A DNA stretch of 62,917 nt, the filler included, from Phoronis australis (taxonomy: Eukaryota; Animalia; Phoronida), in the NCBI GenBank assembly GCA_002633005.1. It is 6 parts of 6 records of this genome, joined end to end, with 100 filler letters (N's around TTAATTAATTAA, not from the genome) between each part and the next. Parts side by side here need not be neighbours in the genome. Positions count along the whole stretch, not along the records: positions 1 to 25,196 come from NMRA01000558.1; positions 25,297 to 46,077 come from NMRA01000209.1; 4 more parts are not named here. One strand, given 5' to 3'. This document shows positions 23,416-35,888 of this stretch, one piece after another. Both the position numbers and the translations under genes were made by a program. The notes beneath the pieces were generated by a model that was not told where the DNA came from, did no database searches, and saw nothing but the letters and a program-made list of their open reading frames with translations. Position 1 is the stretch's first letter; each line of letters opens with the position of its first letter.

Positions 23416-24793
23416 TCAGTGCCCGATTTATAGGAGGGCAAAGGGAGTAACTATCATGCCCGCTCCTGGAGGGCACACTCAATACGAAAGGAACAGAGTA
23501 ACAATTGATTACATCACCAAGGACCATCTTTTAGAGGAAGGCCCCGTAACATTACAGGATGTCTAACTCAGCAAAAATAAGAAAAGAATATAGTCCCCCA
23601 TCAACAATGGACGGACCTCTTTTAGACAAAAAGATCAACAACATGGGGTACCAAGGTTGCCAAATCCGCCATATGTTGATTATCTCAAAAACTGCTTCAC
23701 TGATCACAATGAAATTCGAAATAGAAGTATATTGCAAGAATGTGCCGGCACCAGCCAATTTTTGGACGTTGGATTCATCTACTTTGGCACCCTATTAGTT
23801 TTCGACTGCTCAAGTCATTGCTTGTCCGCTAATTATCTTGAAACCGCTTAACGGATCATGAAGATATTTGGCAGAGACAGACGGCTGGTATGCACCAGCA
23901 CCAATCAATTTTCGGACAGATTTGGCTACCATAGCACCCCCTGTTGGCCATCTTAGTTTTTGAAAAGACAGGTTGATTATTTCAAAAACTGCATTTTATA
24001 TTTCAACCTAATTAAAAATTATGGGTCCATCTATCATTTATCACTTTTTGTCCGCTTGGCAGATCATGATCCAATTTGGTACAGAGGTAATCGGCATGGA
24101 TACGTCAGCACCGTCAGTTACTATTGAACTGCTTGACGGATCTTGATGACATTTGGCATAGAGACAGATGGCTGGTATGCGCTGACATCAGTCGATTTTT
24201 GGATAGATTTGGCTACTGTAGCACCCACTGTGGGGCATTTTAGTTTTTGACGAGACAGGTTGATTATCTCAAAAAGTGCTATGCACAACTGGATGAAATT
24301 CGGCACAAAGATATATAGCAGGGATGTATGCATTGACAGAAGTTGTTTTCGTTTTGATTCGACCACCCTCTTGGCTTTGGATAGGACAACTAGTTCTTGT
24401 CTGTCAATCATCTAAGTTCTTAACAGGTCATCCTGGAGGCAACTTGTTTGCAAGTGTTGGATTTTATGGGTCGTGGGTTGGAGAAATAAATGAAAAATAT
24501 GGGTGGTGGGTACGAAATAAAAGTGACTTCCCTCCTCCCATACATTTTTTGCTGAAACAGCACTAAGATGAAAAACTATATCGAAGTTAAAAAAATGTGA
24601 TTTAGAGGACCTTTAATGTGGCAGCATATCATAAAAACTGAATGAAGAGACAAATACTGCAAAATTTTAAAGAACTGACAAGAGAAAACGCGGCACTGCC
24701 AATTGCGCTCAGTTATATGTGTTTAACACAAAAAAGCAGTATTTTACTAATTAAAAAATGCTTGTATATAAATTTGTCTTTAAGACCTCATAC

Positions 24794-24878
24794 TTTCTAA
24801 GAAAGTCTTTATCCACATCATCTTGTCTGGACTGGTTCCTTCGGGACTGTGCAGCCACACAGGAAGACAGAGTTGACC
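24794..24878 (-). CDS. USP40: USP40-like internal exon
   Basis: TGCAG and GTATG boundaries; GQLCLPVWLHSPEGTSPDKMMWIKTFLE; phases 0 and 1 fit the neighbours. Confidence 0.78.
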
Positions 24879-25135
24879 CTGCAGCATATAGCATAGCTGT
24901 GAAGAGTTTTCAATTTCTTGAAATACAGCAAAGTCAAAAAACAACAACTTAACAGTCACAAATTTCTCAAAAAATAGATGTCGAGTTTAATTTACTTCAG
25001 GTATGGCATGATAGTTTGTGCCACACAGCTGTCACTTAACAAGATATTCTCGATTTTACATCTAAACAGACGATGGAAAGACTTGCAACTCAGATTTGCT
25101 AACAGAACAGCTGCAGTTATAAGAGATTAATGAAC

Positions 25136-25196
25136 CTTGGGAGGTAATCTGCCTTTCTTAAGTAACAGGCGATTCCCATCTCTAATGTTGCACTGC
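25136..25196 (-). CDS. USP40: USP40-like exon, truncated by the contig linker
   Basis: QCNIRDGNRLLLKKGRLPPK resembles recalled USP40 SGDTLLLIEGQLPP; GTTCAT donor; the 5' part and the catalytic domain are lost at the linker. Confidence 0.72.
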
Positions 25197-25296
25197 NNNN
25201 NNNNNNNNNNNNNNNNNNNNNNNNNNNNNNNNNNNNNNNNTTAATTAATTAANNNNNNNNNNNNNNNNNNNNNNNNNNNNNNNNNNNNNNNNNNNN
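25197..25296. other. Artificial contig-joining linker
   Basis: 44 N + TTAATTAATTAA (stops in all six frames) + 44 N; identical linkers at 46078-46177, 49185-49284, 55848-55947 and 58428-58527. Confidence 0.97.
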
Positions 25297-26502
25297 CCTC
25301 CCACTCCCCCCCCCCAGCTTCGCAAAAGACGTCTATCAGAAGCCGACAACAATGGCCGACGATAAACAGTGCTTTTCTCGAAAGTGGGTGTCTGAATCTG
25401 ATCGGGTATATCTTCTATCATTACCTTGGTAGCTAAACCTTATTGCATCTACGTCACTCAACCATACATGTACGTAAGGTGGTACTGAATAGTTAGGCTG
25501 TGGCCACGGCCAATTTGCACTGCCAGAATATTAAAATTTTGGGGTAGGCCAAGTTTGGGGGCATTTTGTGGGTGGGCATTGCATGTACAGTAGGCTCAGT
25601 GAATGCGGTTTGTTTGTATTTGTGAACATGCTGAGAATAAAAAAGGCCACTTTCTCCGCGGCTGTAGCTGCACTCTTCTTCAAAATGGTGGCCCCCTGTT
25701 GCAATTGTGCATTGCTGGGTAGCAACTGAGAAATTGGCCGCCATTTCAGGTAGCCCTCAAGCAAGCCAGATTAAAAAAAAATAGTAGGTTGACACTCAGA
25801 CAGACTAAACAGTAATTGAAACTATGTGACTTAAAGTGAATACAATGATATAAATTTTACAACAAAACTGTCACGCTTGGGATAAAAAATACACCGGATA
25901 TAAAGGTCAAAGTTATCTTCAATGCGAAAGAGCTCCAAATCTCTAGAGAAATTATGTTGAAATACGTCACGTGACACCGCTTATGAGTTGTGGCGGGCGA
26001 TTTAAACCAGATGTTGGTAATTTCGACACGTTGTTTAGACTATCTCAGCCGAAACGAAGGTTTCTTCAAAGCACATTTGCCGACTGGGGAATGTTTCCAA
26101 TCTGTTGTTTGATNCAATCTGTTGTTTGATATATCTGAGGTTGACAGTACTTTTGTACCACATGTTTGGAATAGATAGGAAATTTGCTTTCGTAATCTAA
26201 TGTTGGCTTTAGTATAGCATCGGCAGGGAAGTGGTGATTTTAGGGTGAAAAGTGCCGATTTTGCATTTTTTGCCCTTATTTTTCTTAGCTCAGCTTGGTT
26301 TCCACTGGGAGTGAAAGGGTCAAAAATACGAGAAAGTAGAAAGTTTCTGTGCTCATCTGTAGGGCTTGTGATGTGAAATGACTCAAAACTTTTCTTTATT
26401 TTCATGCAGTTTTTGACAGAGTGAAGAAAGGGTGAAGAGTCCAATGACGTGTGTTCTGATAGGCAAATCCCTATGAGAACTGTTCAGTGCCTCCTAAGCC
26501 AC

Positions 26503-28028
26503 AGTCCTAATTCACGCGGCGGACATTAAAATCCAAAGCGAGGTTCACTGCGATAAACAAAGCGAAAGTTGACATTGCCTGAGTTAAATGGCCGGTCTTT
26601 CGAGTCCCATCTGGATACTAAATCTTAAAAATGTGTCGACAATTAACCACAAAACGTAGAAAAATACATTAGAGAAAAAGTTAATGCACCAAAAAGATGT
26701 CTGACGAAAGGGTAAAATTTTTTGGAAAACTATTTTCGAAACATGAAAAGTAAATATGACCAAATTGTAGCGATCGTAGTGTTACGTATTAGGTATTATG
26801 CTGAGTGCAGGGTTACGTATCTTCTTGAAATTATATTGTTGATAAAATGCTTTCTACACGAACCAGGTTATCTGCTCGTATTGTTGACGAGTTGAACTGA
26901 GATATATTCGACAGTGGTGGCTCATCGCATTTTGCTGTCATGTGCAAGTAGTCACAACTGGTTTAATTTGTTGATCAAGAATACTAAAATCAAGCATAGC
27001 CTGATCCTGGTGAGGTAGGGACTATACCGGGACCAACAGTTGATTTGTCATTGATCTGAAAGAATAATTGATGTTATTAAATATATTTTAATTAAAATAA
27101 AAAACAGGCTCGTAATTGAAAATAAAAATTATTTGACCATCAATCCTGCTTTCTTGGTTTTAATAATTCTTACGTCTATTTCATGTATTAGGTTTCAAAT
27201 ATATCAATCTGGACAAAGTTGAATTTTAAAATTAAATCACCTATTTCATTCGTCCAAAGAATAACCTCGTTTTAGAACTCGATTCAGTTAACTGGACAGA
27301 GCAGTCATAGTTATCATGTTTCCAGGAGCCTCGTTTATCCGAGGCCGCGGAACTGAGGTGCCTGTGCCTTCTGAGAGAAGATTTTTTCGCTGAGTGAGGG
27401 GAAAACTCTACCTCCTGATCACCATCAATAGCACTCACGCCGATTGCCAGCTCTCATAGGCTCTGCCTCAATTTAAAGTAGCATTTTGTGCTCTTTCAAA
27501 TTGTCACCTGTGTGGTTACAGGTGATATGAACTTTGCATCGAGAGAAATTTTCAGTCACTAGGGGAATTTTTAGACCTCGTGGGGGAATTTCGCGTGACT
27601 TTCAATATTTTTGAGAGGGAAATAGGGCCGATATTTGGCCCCAAAATCGAGGGATTGAAGGGCTGTCCTTTTTGGAAAGAAAAATGCATCATGTTTCAAC
27701 CCGTAGTCATGAGCCTGGCTGGCCGAAGATTCTCCAGTCGTTGCTATCGATGCTTGACAACCGAGATGCGACAACATATGATATAAACTCTTCGAAAACA
27801 TTTATAAATTTTACGCGGACATATCTTCCTTCGTCGCGGCGTATGTAAACGACCCAGAGCTTCCGAATCTCAACGTCCCTAGGGATTGTAAAGCAGACAG
27901 TTGAGTGTCAGTATTTTTTCTAGCCGCTCGAGCAACGCGATCCCTACACTACTTTGCCGATAATGTAACAGAGCTTTCGTGGCGAGCCTCGTTTTGGAAC
28001 GCGCCTCCCGTCGGCGTGAATTGTGTGT
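26503..28028 (-). mobile_element. ISL2EU-like non-autonomous DNA transposon, copy 1
   Basis: Inverted relative to 35889-38019; termini ..TTCACGC and GCGTGAA..; decayed THAP on minus (CFTIPRDVEIRKLWVVYIRRDEGRYVRV) converging on a decayed second ORF from ATG 26588 (MAGLSSPIWILNLKNVSTINHK). Confidence 0.62.
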
Positions 28029-28030
28029 AT

Positions 28031-29128
28031 TCACCTCTTTCACGAACGCGGGGCGCTGCTGTCGTGTTGATCGAAAACGAGGCGCCTTGACAAAAATGGC
28101 ATCGTCCTGCAAGGTGTTGTGGTCAAAAGACTTATCAACGTTACCAAAAATCAAGTTGTCTGATGTTGAATCGATCTCCAAAAAACATACCAATACTTAC
28201 GGCAACTAGACTTTTACCCTCCTCAGCCATTCCTTAGTAGTTTTCCCTCTTTTGAAAAAGTGTGGAAGTCAGGGATATACCCAGGCTTTTAGTCTTGAAA
28301 AACNNNNNNNNNNNNNNNNNNNNNCACAATGATTTTTCAGAACTGTCGGATATTATTGATAAATTGAATACATTTACTGTAGAATTTTAGAACTGTGAGG
28401 TAACACATTTTTCGCACTGATATATACACATTCATGGACTGGGCGCTTATTTTAGCGAAGTCTGAAAACGAGTGGGGACGCTTATAGTGGCATGGGCGCT
28501 TATTAGGACGAATGTTATGAAAATAATTTTGGCTAAAATGACATTGTACATTACAATAAGAAATCAGTTCCAAGAAATATGGTATTTTATTTGCTATGAG
28601 CACATGGACCAGTCTTCCACCTTTCTCCCCTTTTCTTCGTTCCGGACTAGTCCACAAATTCTTTGTGCACGACAACACACTGTGTTTTTTTGACGAATCG
28701 CGTAACTGAATCGGTAGGGTCGCACTGCGCCGATGTTTTTTACTGCCGGAGCATCGACACGATGACAAACTGAATCTTAAATTCTTGATGAAAACAGCAC
28801 AAGGAGGAGGAAAATTATTCATATTCATCTGGGAAACGATATACATGTATAGTGCTTTTGCGCTCTGAAATTCGCTCGCCACCGGGCGACCAGCAAGTCA
28901 ACTTCTACTCGCCCAGCACCATTTTTACTCGCATTGGCGACTGGGCGAATGGCAAAGTATATCCCTTTGAAAGGTACCGACGAGATATTACTGGAATTGG
29001 TACGTTCAGGCACTGCACAGTACACCATGGCCAGCTGATGATCACTCATGAGGTTTTATCAGTGTACCTCGTTTTTGATCAGTATTTAAAGATGGCGCGG
29101 GAAGATGGCGCTTTCGTGAAATAGGTGA
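28031..29128 (-). mobile_element. Second ISL2EU-like family, deletion derivative
   Basis: TIRs TCACCT(C/A)TTTCACGAA, AT on both flanks; THAP start MVYCAVPE.TNSS on minus from 29028; MASSCKVLWSKDLSTLPKIKLSDVE on plus from 28096. Confidence 0.65.
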
Positions 29129-32100
29129 ATAGAACTCAGTACATGAATAAACAAATTCTACTTGAGCGTTGATGTACAGTCTAAAGATCTACCGTGCACG
29201 TCATTTCCTAAAATAAAAAGCGAACATGGTTTCTCTTTACTCGCAGTGTTTGTACTTGCTTTTCCGGGTTTTAAACACGTCTTATGATTATAATGTCATT
29301 CCAAAGAACAATTCATTTTAAATATCCCGCTTTTCCAATTAACGACTTTTCAATATTTCTATTTTGACAAAATAATGGGCACGGAAGAACGAAGTGAAGG
29401 TTTAGTTTATTTCTTTTATTGCTAGTGCTTGTTGGTCTTAAAATTGGAAAATTGGAAAAGAAGATACTAAACTAATTAATCTGGGCGGTATAGAGTGTTG
29501 AACCTGCTTATATTGTTCAAGTATTGAATGTAGATTCGGAACAAACGAGCTACACGCGAAATTATAATGGCATAGAGAGCAAAATTAATTTGCAATTGAT
29601 TTTTAGAAAGTTAAATGACATGAAGCAACATCCGGTATTACTGAGAGCGGCTTTTATGCAAATAGCACTGATCAAATTTCGTTCCTGGAGAGTAAGTGCT
29701 GTCGAACTTTAAGAGGAATGTTACCTTTTTGGAGGCGTTTCTGCTAAATTGACATATCGTTTATTCTAAAATGTTCACTATTTTGAATCTTAATAGTCGA
29801 TTTCTTGAAACACAAAATGTCTGGAAAACACAAGTGCTCGGTGCAGATGGGGAAGATATCGCTGAAATCGACCAAAACGCAACTCACCGAGATTTGGAGT
29901 GCATATACACTGTACAGTGTTTAGAAAGAGTCAGTTCTTGGTCCACTCTTGGGGAATTAGATAACGAGCTGGAATGTTCAAATTTGTATTGCCAGGATAT
30001 AGTATACATGTAAAAGTGTGAGGCAAGGGTGAATAGCCAAAATCAATTTGATTTAGAAGATTATACAAATGTTAATGCGTAAAATCAAAAAGCGCAAACA
30101 TCAAGCTAACAATGCTGCTGGTATCAGTGTATTTGTAAAAGAATGTTTGGTCAAGTACTGTGATTTCACTCGTCAGGTTATTCTGAAGTGCGACAAAATG
30201 GTGTTTGTTAAATTTACGCAAAGAACAAGTGATCATGTATTTTGCCCACCTACACACAGAAGGCTCAAACTGTTACTCCACCGAAGAAAAAATTGGCATA
30301 CACTGTATTGCTACTTCGAAATGAGTTGCTAAATTAATGTTCTGTGTATTATATAACGTTTATCTGTAAGTTGTGATTTCAATTCTCGCATGGTAATTTG
30401 AAAAACTTAATATCCGAAGATATAGTTCAGGCTACCTCCCCGCTGTTCAGAGAGAAACAAATGATTGCGTAATTAGTAGCTTTGGGAAGAGCTTGGTGAT
30501 TTGGAGGTTTCCTGTGAAATTTATTTAAACATTATGAACCGTAAAAGTAAAGACGACTGCGAACGGTTTTGTTATGCATGACGACGGTGGGACGTTGTTG
30601 ATTATTTATCGGTCACAAAGTTACAGATATCTATGAGCATATACTAAATTACAAAATACATTTATTTGATCGTCAGCCCGTCTAGCAATAGTTTGTACCT
30701 TAACACCAGGTGTCAGTTCTGCTATCTGTTGCCTTGAGAAACTCTTCGTCAAGTGTCAACCCGTCTGAGAAATTATGTGTTCCGCGGAGCAGGTATTCTA
30801 CTATAAGACATACTTCATTGACTATTTCCGTGATTTTCATGATGAATTTTATCATTTAATTAAAAAGGATTTGATGGATGAATCTGCTCCATTTGTTCCG
30901 ATTTGCTTCTTCAAATATGCTCCCAAAACTAGTATTCAATCTCATTAGTTTACAGAAGGGAAAATAAGTAAATTCAGCGGTTTTGATAATTTCACTATAA
31001 AAATCTGCCTGTGATTTACACTTTAAAAGCGCAACTCCGTGGTATAATGACTGAGATAAGTGAAAGGAACCTTGCGCAGCACTGAGTCTTCGTCTTAAAT
31101 AACTCATAAAACAATCAGAAAAAATTAAAACTGTCCAGTAAGTATGATGTAGTCCAGGTGAAGAGGTTTAATTTTTCTGATTATGAACTTTCCTGGATGG
31201 GTGAAGAATTACATTTCAAGAACTCCTAAATGTGCACTTTGACGATCTGCTAAATCAATAAAACAAGACCAGAGAAAATGTACAAAATAATATTGATGAT
31301 GTACGCTCACATTTTGGTAACCACTGCTGTGAAAGTAGCGTTATTCACCAAATAATAAAACATCATTATCAAATATTATGTAAACCTTCCCAATGTGCCT
31401 TCTCGCCGTAATCCAAAGGCAGCTTATGACACTTGGACAAAGACGCAAGACATTCACGAGTAAACTATAATGAGATCACGTGCATCTGTTGTAGTGCATG
31501 GCAAAATCTAGTGAAGACTTGCGTGATCTCACATTACTTGCAAGAAATTTGTTCTACGGAACGTGGATAGCGTTCCTTAGACCAACTTCCTTTCGAGAAA
31601 AGTAACTCTCGAAAAACCTTGCAAAATCTGGCGAATGCAAGGTGAATGTTCCGTAAGTAAACTGGAGCATACCAGCCTATCATTGTATAATGACGGCTAC
31701 TGAAGTGATGGGAGTTTTAAAGCAGAAATAAGGGACTGAATTGATGAAGTGGGCAGGATAAAATTCATTGGTCCCGGTCTATAAGCGGTGATTTTCGCTA
31801 CAAATGTAAGCTAACGGTTTGGATGTCTACGAAAGAAAACAAACTATTTTCGTTCAAACAGATTAGATTTCCCACAGCAAGTGTCTCGTGAATTTCTTGA
31901 TTTGCGAAACCAAGGAGTGGAAACAACCCCATTGCTATCCGTCCATGTAGCTGTGTTTAGAGGTGCAGCTATGAACCTGGTTCTCGGGACTGGGGTATAG
32001 TCATTGTGCATAGAGTATTTTTGCTCGGTGTGTGAACTCTAGGGTCATGGATCCTGAAATGGGTACCGCGGGTTTGGTGTCTGCTGATCTGGGATCTTAG

Positions 32101-32480
32101 CTGGAGTTAAGGGGGTGGTCATGGAATTGCTTCCACGCCATGGGAACGAGCCTGAGAAATTCAAACGGGCTCGGTTTTTGAGATGACCTCAGTGTGAAGG
32201 CAAAATTGTAGTTACGCAAGTAGGCCTAACATGCTCATAATGTCGTCACAGTATGCAAATTAAAGAGATTCACGGTGAAGACCTCTAAGCTGCTACAGGA
32301 AACAAGCAGAGATATTGCTTGTCATTCGGAACACCTCTGGTGTTTTCGTGGTATGGAAGCTTCGGCAATGCCGAGAGGAGGGGGTGATGCGAAGCTGAAG
32401 GAAGTGAACCAAACCCGGACTGCAGGAGTTGACACAATCGTCGATGTAATCGATACCCTACTCACATGAAAGGCAAATAA

Positions 32481-32619
32481 TATGGGCGGCGCAGCCCTAA
32501 AAAGTGGGACTATAGCCCCCAGCACCCCTGTGGTGCAATTCTCACAGACCATGGGCGGAGTAGCACTGAAAAAAGTGGCGGGCTATAGCCCCCCAGCCCC
32601 CTATGGTGCGCCGCCCATG
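32481..32619. mobile_element. Short MITE with 5-bp TSD
   Basis: ATGGGCGGCGCA and TGCGCCGCCCAT TIRs; AATAA on both flanks; internal partial duplication. Confidence 0.72.
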
Positions 32620-32871
32620 AATAACTGTACTTTATGCGACGTTAGGGCGTGTTTAACTTTATCCATTGGGTAACACGATCGATCCCTGGAAATGAACAAA
32701 AAAAGAAAAATTCCATTTTTGTGGATGTAGCTTGTTGCTGTGTTCAATGTAGTTTTTTGGGATGTGGCTTCTTGACTAATTTCCGTCACATACACGGATT
32801 TCTCATACGAGTCCTTAACGGATCGCCAAATCTCAAGCATCCATAAATAACGTGTTGCAAAGCGCAATAAC

Positions 32872-32945
32872 TCGCAGTGTAGCGTGGTTGATAAGTGCCC
32901 CCTGTCTTTACTCGAGGTCGTGGGTTCGAGTCCCACCAGATCACA
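32872..32945 (+). repeat. tRNA-derived SINE head or tRNA relic
   Basis: A-box-like TAGCGTGGTTGA and B box GGTTCGAGTCC; similar B-box relics near 35040 (+) and 62383-62432 (-); I could not fold a clean cloverleaf. Confidence 0.5.
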
Positions 32946-33539
32946 CTGCTAAACCCTTGAGCCAGGTGTCTAGCTCCTCAGCTCGGTTTTAACCATATAT
33001 TAATAAAGCAAAAGAATAGTTCCAGGTGATTAATGCAATGCGCCACACGCGAGGCCTGGGCACGTCTGGTACAACGTGTATCAGACCGCCTGCAATTGGA
33101 AAATATGGGTAAAAGGAGAGGCATTTTTTGATATGTTAAAAAGTCCTCCAGCGATCTTCCACGGATTGATTTATCCGTAAATGACACGCAAAGGATCACA
33201 AACTGCTCATAACAAGACGTAACCTTTCGAAAACTGATCCTAACTAAGAATCCTTAAGTGACTCTTAATGATTCAGCAATATATCTTCGTATAGTTTACG
33301 GACAGCTGACAATCCTTCAGTTTCAGCGGAAAGCATTTTGGTGAAGTTAAGAGCATTACGAAGGTAATTGAAAAAGTACAGGTATCATGAGTTAAATTTA
33401 GCTCGCTGAGGAGGACCCAAACCTCGGTGGGGGTGCGATCGCACCAGTCGCACACACCCCCACCCACCTCCTGGGTATGGGCATGTGTTCCAGGTGTATG
33501 TGTACATGTGCCTATCGAACGCCAGAACAGCTCAGTATT

Positions 33540-33839
33540 CAGGGGCGTATCCAGGATTTTAAGTTAGGGGTGCCAGGGCACAGGAATAACCAGAATTTCG
33601 CTACATGCGCGCGCCAAGCCTAAAATGTAGGAATGAAGGGTCTTGAATTTTTGGGTTTGCGGACCTTATTACTAAAAAAGGTAAACAGGGGTTTTTCAAG
33701 ACCTATGCGTTGTGCTTTCACCCCACGAGCTCCCTGGATGCGCGCGTATGCTAGTTCGCACCCCGAACTGCGAAATGGTATCAGGGAGAATTTTAGTGGG
33801 GGCTATGGCCCCCTTGTCCCCCCCCTGAATCCGCCACTG
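33540..33839. mobile_element. GC-rich MITE with 5-bp TSD
   Basis: CAGGGGCGTAT and ATCCGCCACTG termini; perfect GTATT TSD. Confidence 0.8.
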
Positions 33840-35888
33840 GTATTTGACAAAATATGTCAGCAGAGCAGATTTTGAATGAACAAATGTCTTATTTGCTGTT
33901 GGTATCGGTGGTGAAACAAGACTTGTCGTGCACTCGACATGTGGTTACTAGCGAAACTCCTTTACTATAGGCGTGAACGGGAGACCTGAGCAGCAGGAAA
34001 TGCAAATATGAAAGATGCTGAGGGCTTGTACGCTGAGACTCAAGTTTCCAAAAGTTGGAGAAGATCGTAAACGTATTAGGTGTAGTCCTGTGTTTGTACA
34101 TGTACATGTACAGTAGGAATTCTGATGCTTGACCCGGAGTACGTGACAATTCACGAGTAACTTACTGACGCATCTAGGACGTTGTAAGGAGGGAGGTGGG
34201 GGTGGTAGGCAACTTTTTCGTCGTGTCTGTAGGGGGCTTATGCAATCCATTTATTTTATTTGTTTGCAGGTCCTTTGGTGAAATTCTCCTATGTAAGTTT
34301 GTTATTTTGATTTCGGTTGCTTTTCTAAAAACATTTTGCAGTAGGCAGTTTTCGGGACTTTGGTTTTCCATTAATAAATAGGACTTTTCATTTTGTGAAG
34401 TGTGTAATTTCTCCCGGTTGCATACACAGAAATAATGCCGGTCTTTTTGATGAAGCCGCCGTCAAAAGTTGTCAAACATTAAACAATTTCCTTGCTTGCA
34501 CTCAATTCAGGAAGTAACAAAAACCATTCGCATAATAGATTGTTCTTCGAGGATAAAAGCCGTAATCGGAAAAGACCCCATACGAAAAAAAAATGTCATT
34601 TCCAAACAGATGATTATTGGTTCTATTTTACATGTTCTATACAAAGGAAACAACAACTCTTTCAATTTAAAACTTTTTTAACACGTTTCATCAAATTGGT
34701 GTCAAATTTGTCGCGTTTAGTGATTTTTATTTATTATTGCAAATCAAAGCACTTTCTGCAAATAACCGTCTGTTCGATCGGGACCGGAAGGAAGTTTGGC
34801 GCGAGTAACCACCGACAGTGTATAAAACAGAGAGCCTGGACTCAAATCTCTCATTTCCACCAAGGTATAAGGTTGAGCCGTCTCTTGGGTAAGTAAAATG
34901 TTTTGAAGATATTTGTTCCAAGTACTTATATGTTACTAAGTAATTCTTACTTCATAAGATGCAGAACTCGGTGTTTTTTATATTACGAGATGTGTATTAA
35001 TATATCTTTTTCAGTATGCACGGTTAGCTGGAGGTCCTGGGTTCGAGTCCCGGTCGGGGGCAAAAATCTTTTCGGACTTGTATTCATTAGGTCACGTGAT
35101 GTGACCAAAAAGATGGCGGGTTGAAAGGGATCAACTATTTCCAACATATTACGAGATATCAACTACCAACCCATGCTGTCTGTCAAAAACGACTTCTTAT
35201 TTAGGCCACGTACCGTTATCAAGTGGTCTCAAATTGTAACTAAGTCATAATAGGTGCGATGTTTGGACTTCGAAAGAGCTGACAGTTAGTTATGTTTTCA
35301 AACCAAGATAATAAACTTCCAGTTCAAGGGCTACTTCGGGGCTGAGTAAAGAACAACCCATATGCAGTTTATATAACGACAATGGTCTAAATCGGAAATT
35401 GTTTTTGGCAGAAAACACAGGTCAAATGCCGCGTTTGAAGGAAAAAAAACGAATTATTAGTTCTTAATGAGGCCAGAGATCGCATTTAAACTGAGTAAAT
35501 AAGTCAATTTCACTTCTATAGCGGCAGGTTATAGAGCTTTTGATGAGAAAGAAAAGATTTTATGTCGCTTTAAAGTTGCCTGGAACGCAATAAACAGAGT
35601 CGTTTTGCAATATTCAAAGTGGTTCTGTGCCACTGAAACAGAATTTAACCTGCTCTCCGGGTATTTTAGGGTTTGTTCGTGAAGAATTTTAATTTCTGTT
35701 GATTCAAAGCATTTTCCTTTGGTTTCAAATTTAAAAAAAAACAATCTGGCAACTGCTCGCCACTTCGTCGATTTTTCTCCCACAAGGCAAAAAACGTCTC
35801 CGGGTATGGCAAGACATGGATATAACATAGTTCCATTACATGGAAATGTGACTTTTGACCTCACACGACTTCAAACAACTGACTATAT

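Noticed and set aside
29770-31700. Possible host gene
   Set aside because: Only short broken frames with faint LINE-like motifs (GISVFVK, SVLGPLL, WSRFIHQIL); too decayed to delimit.
32872-32945. Functional tRNA gene
   Set aside because: B box is present but I could not form convincing acceptor and anticodon stems; treated as a SINE head or relic.
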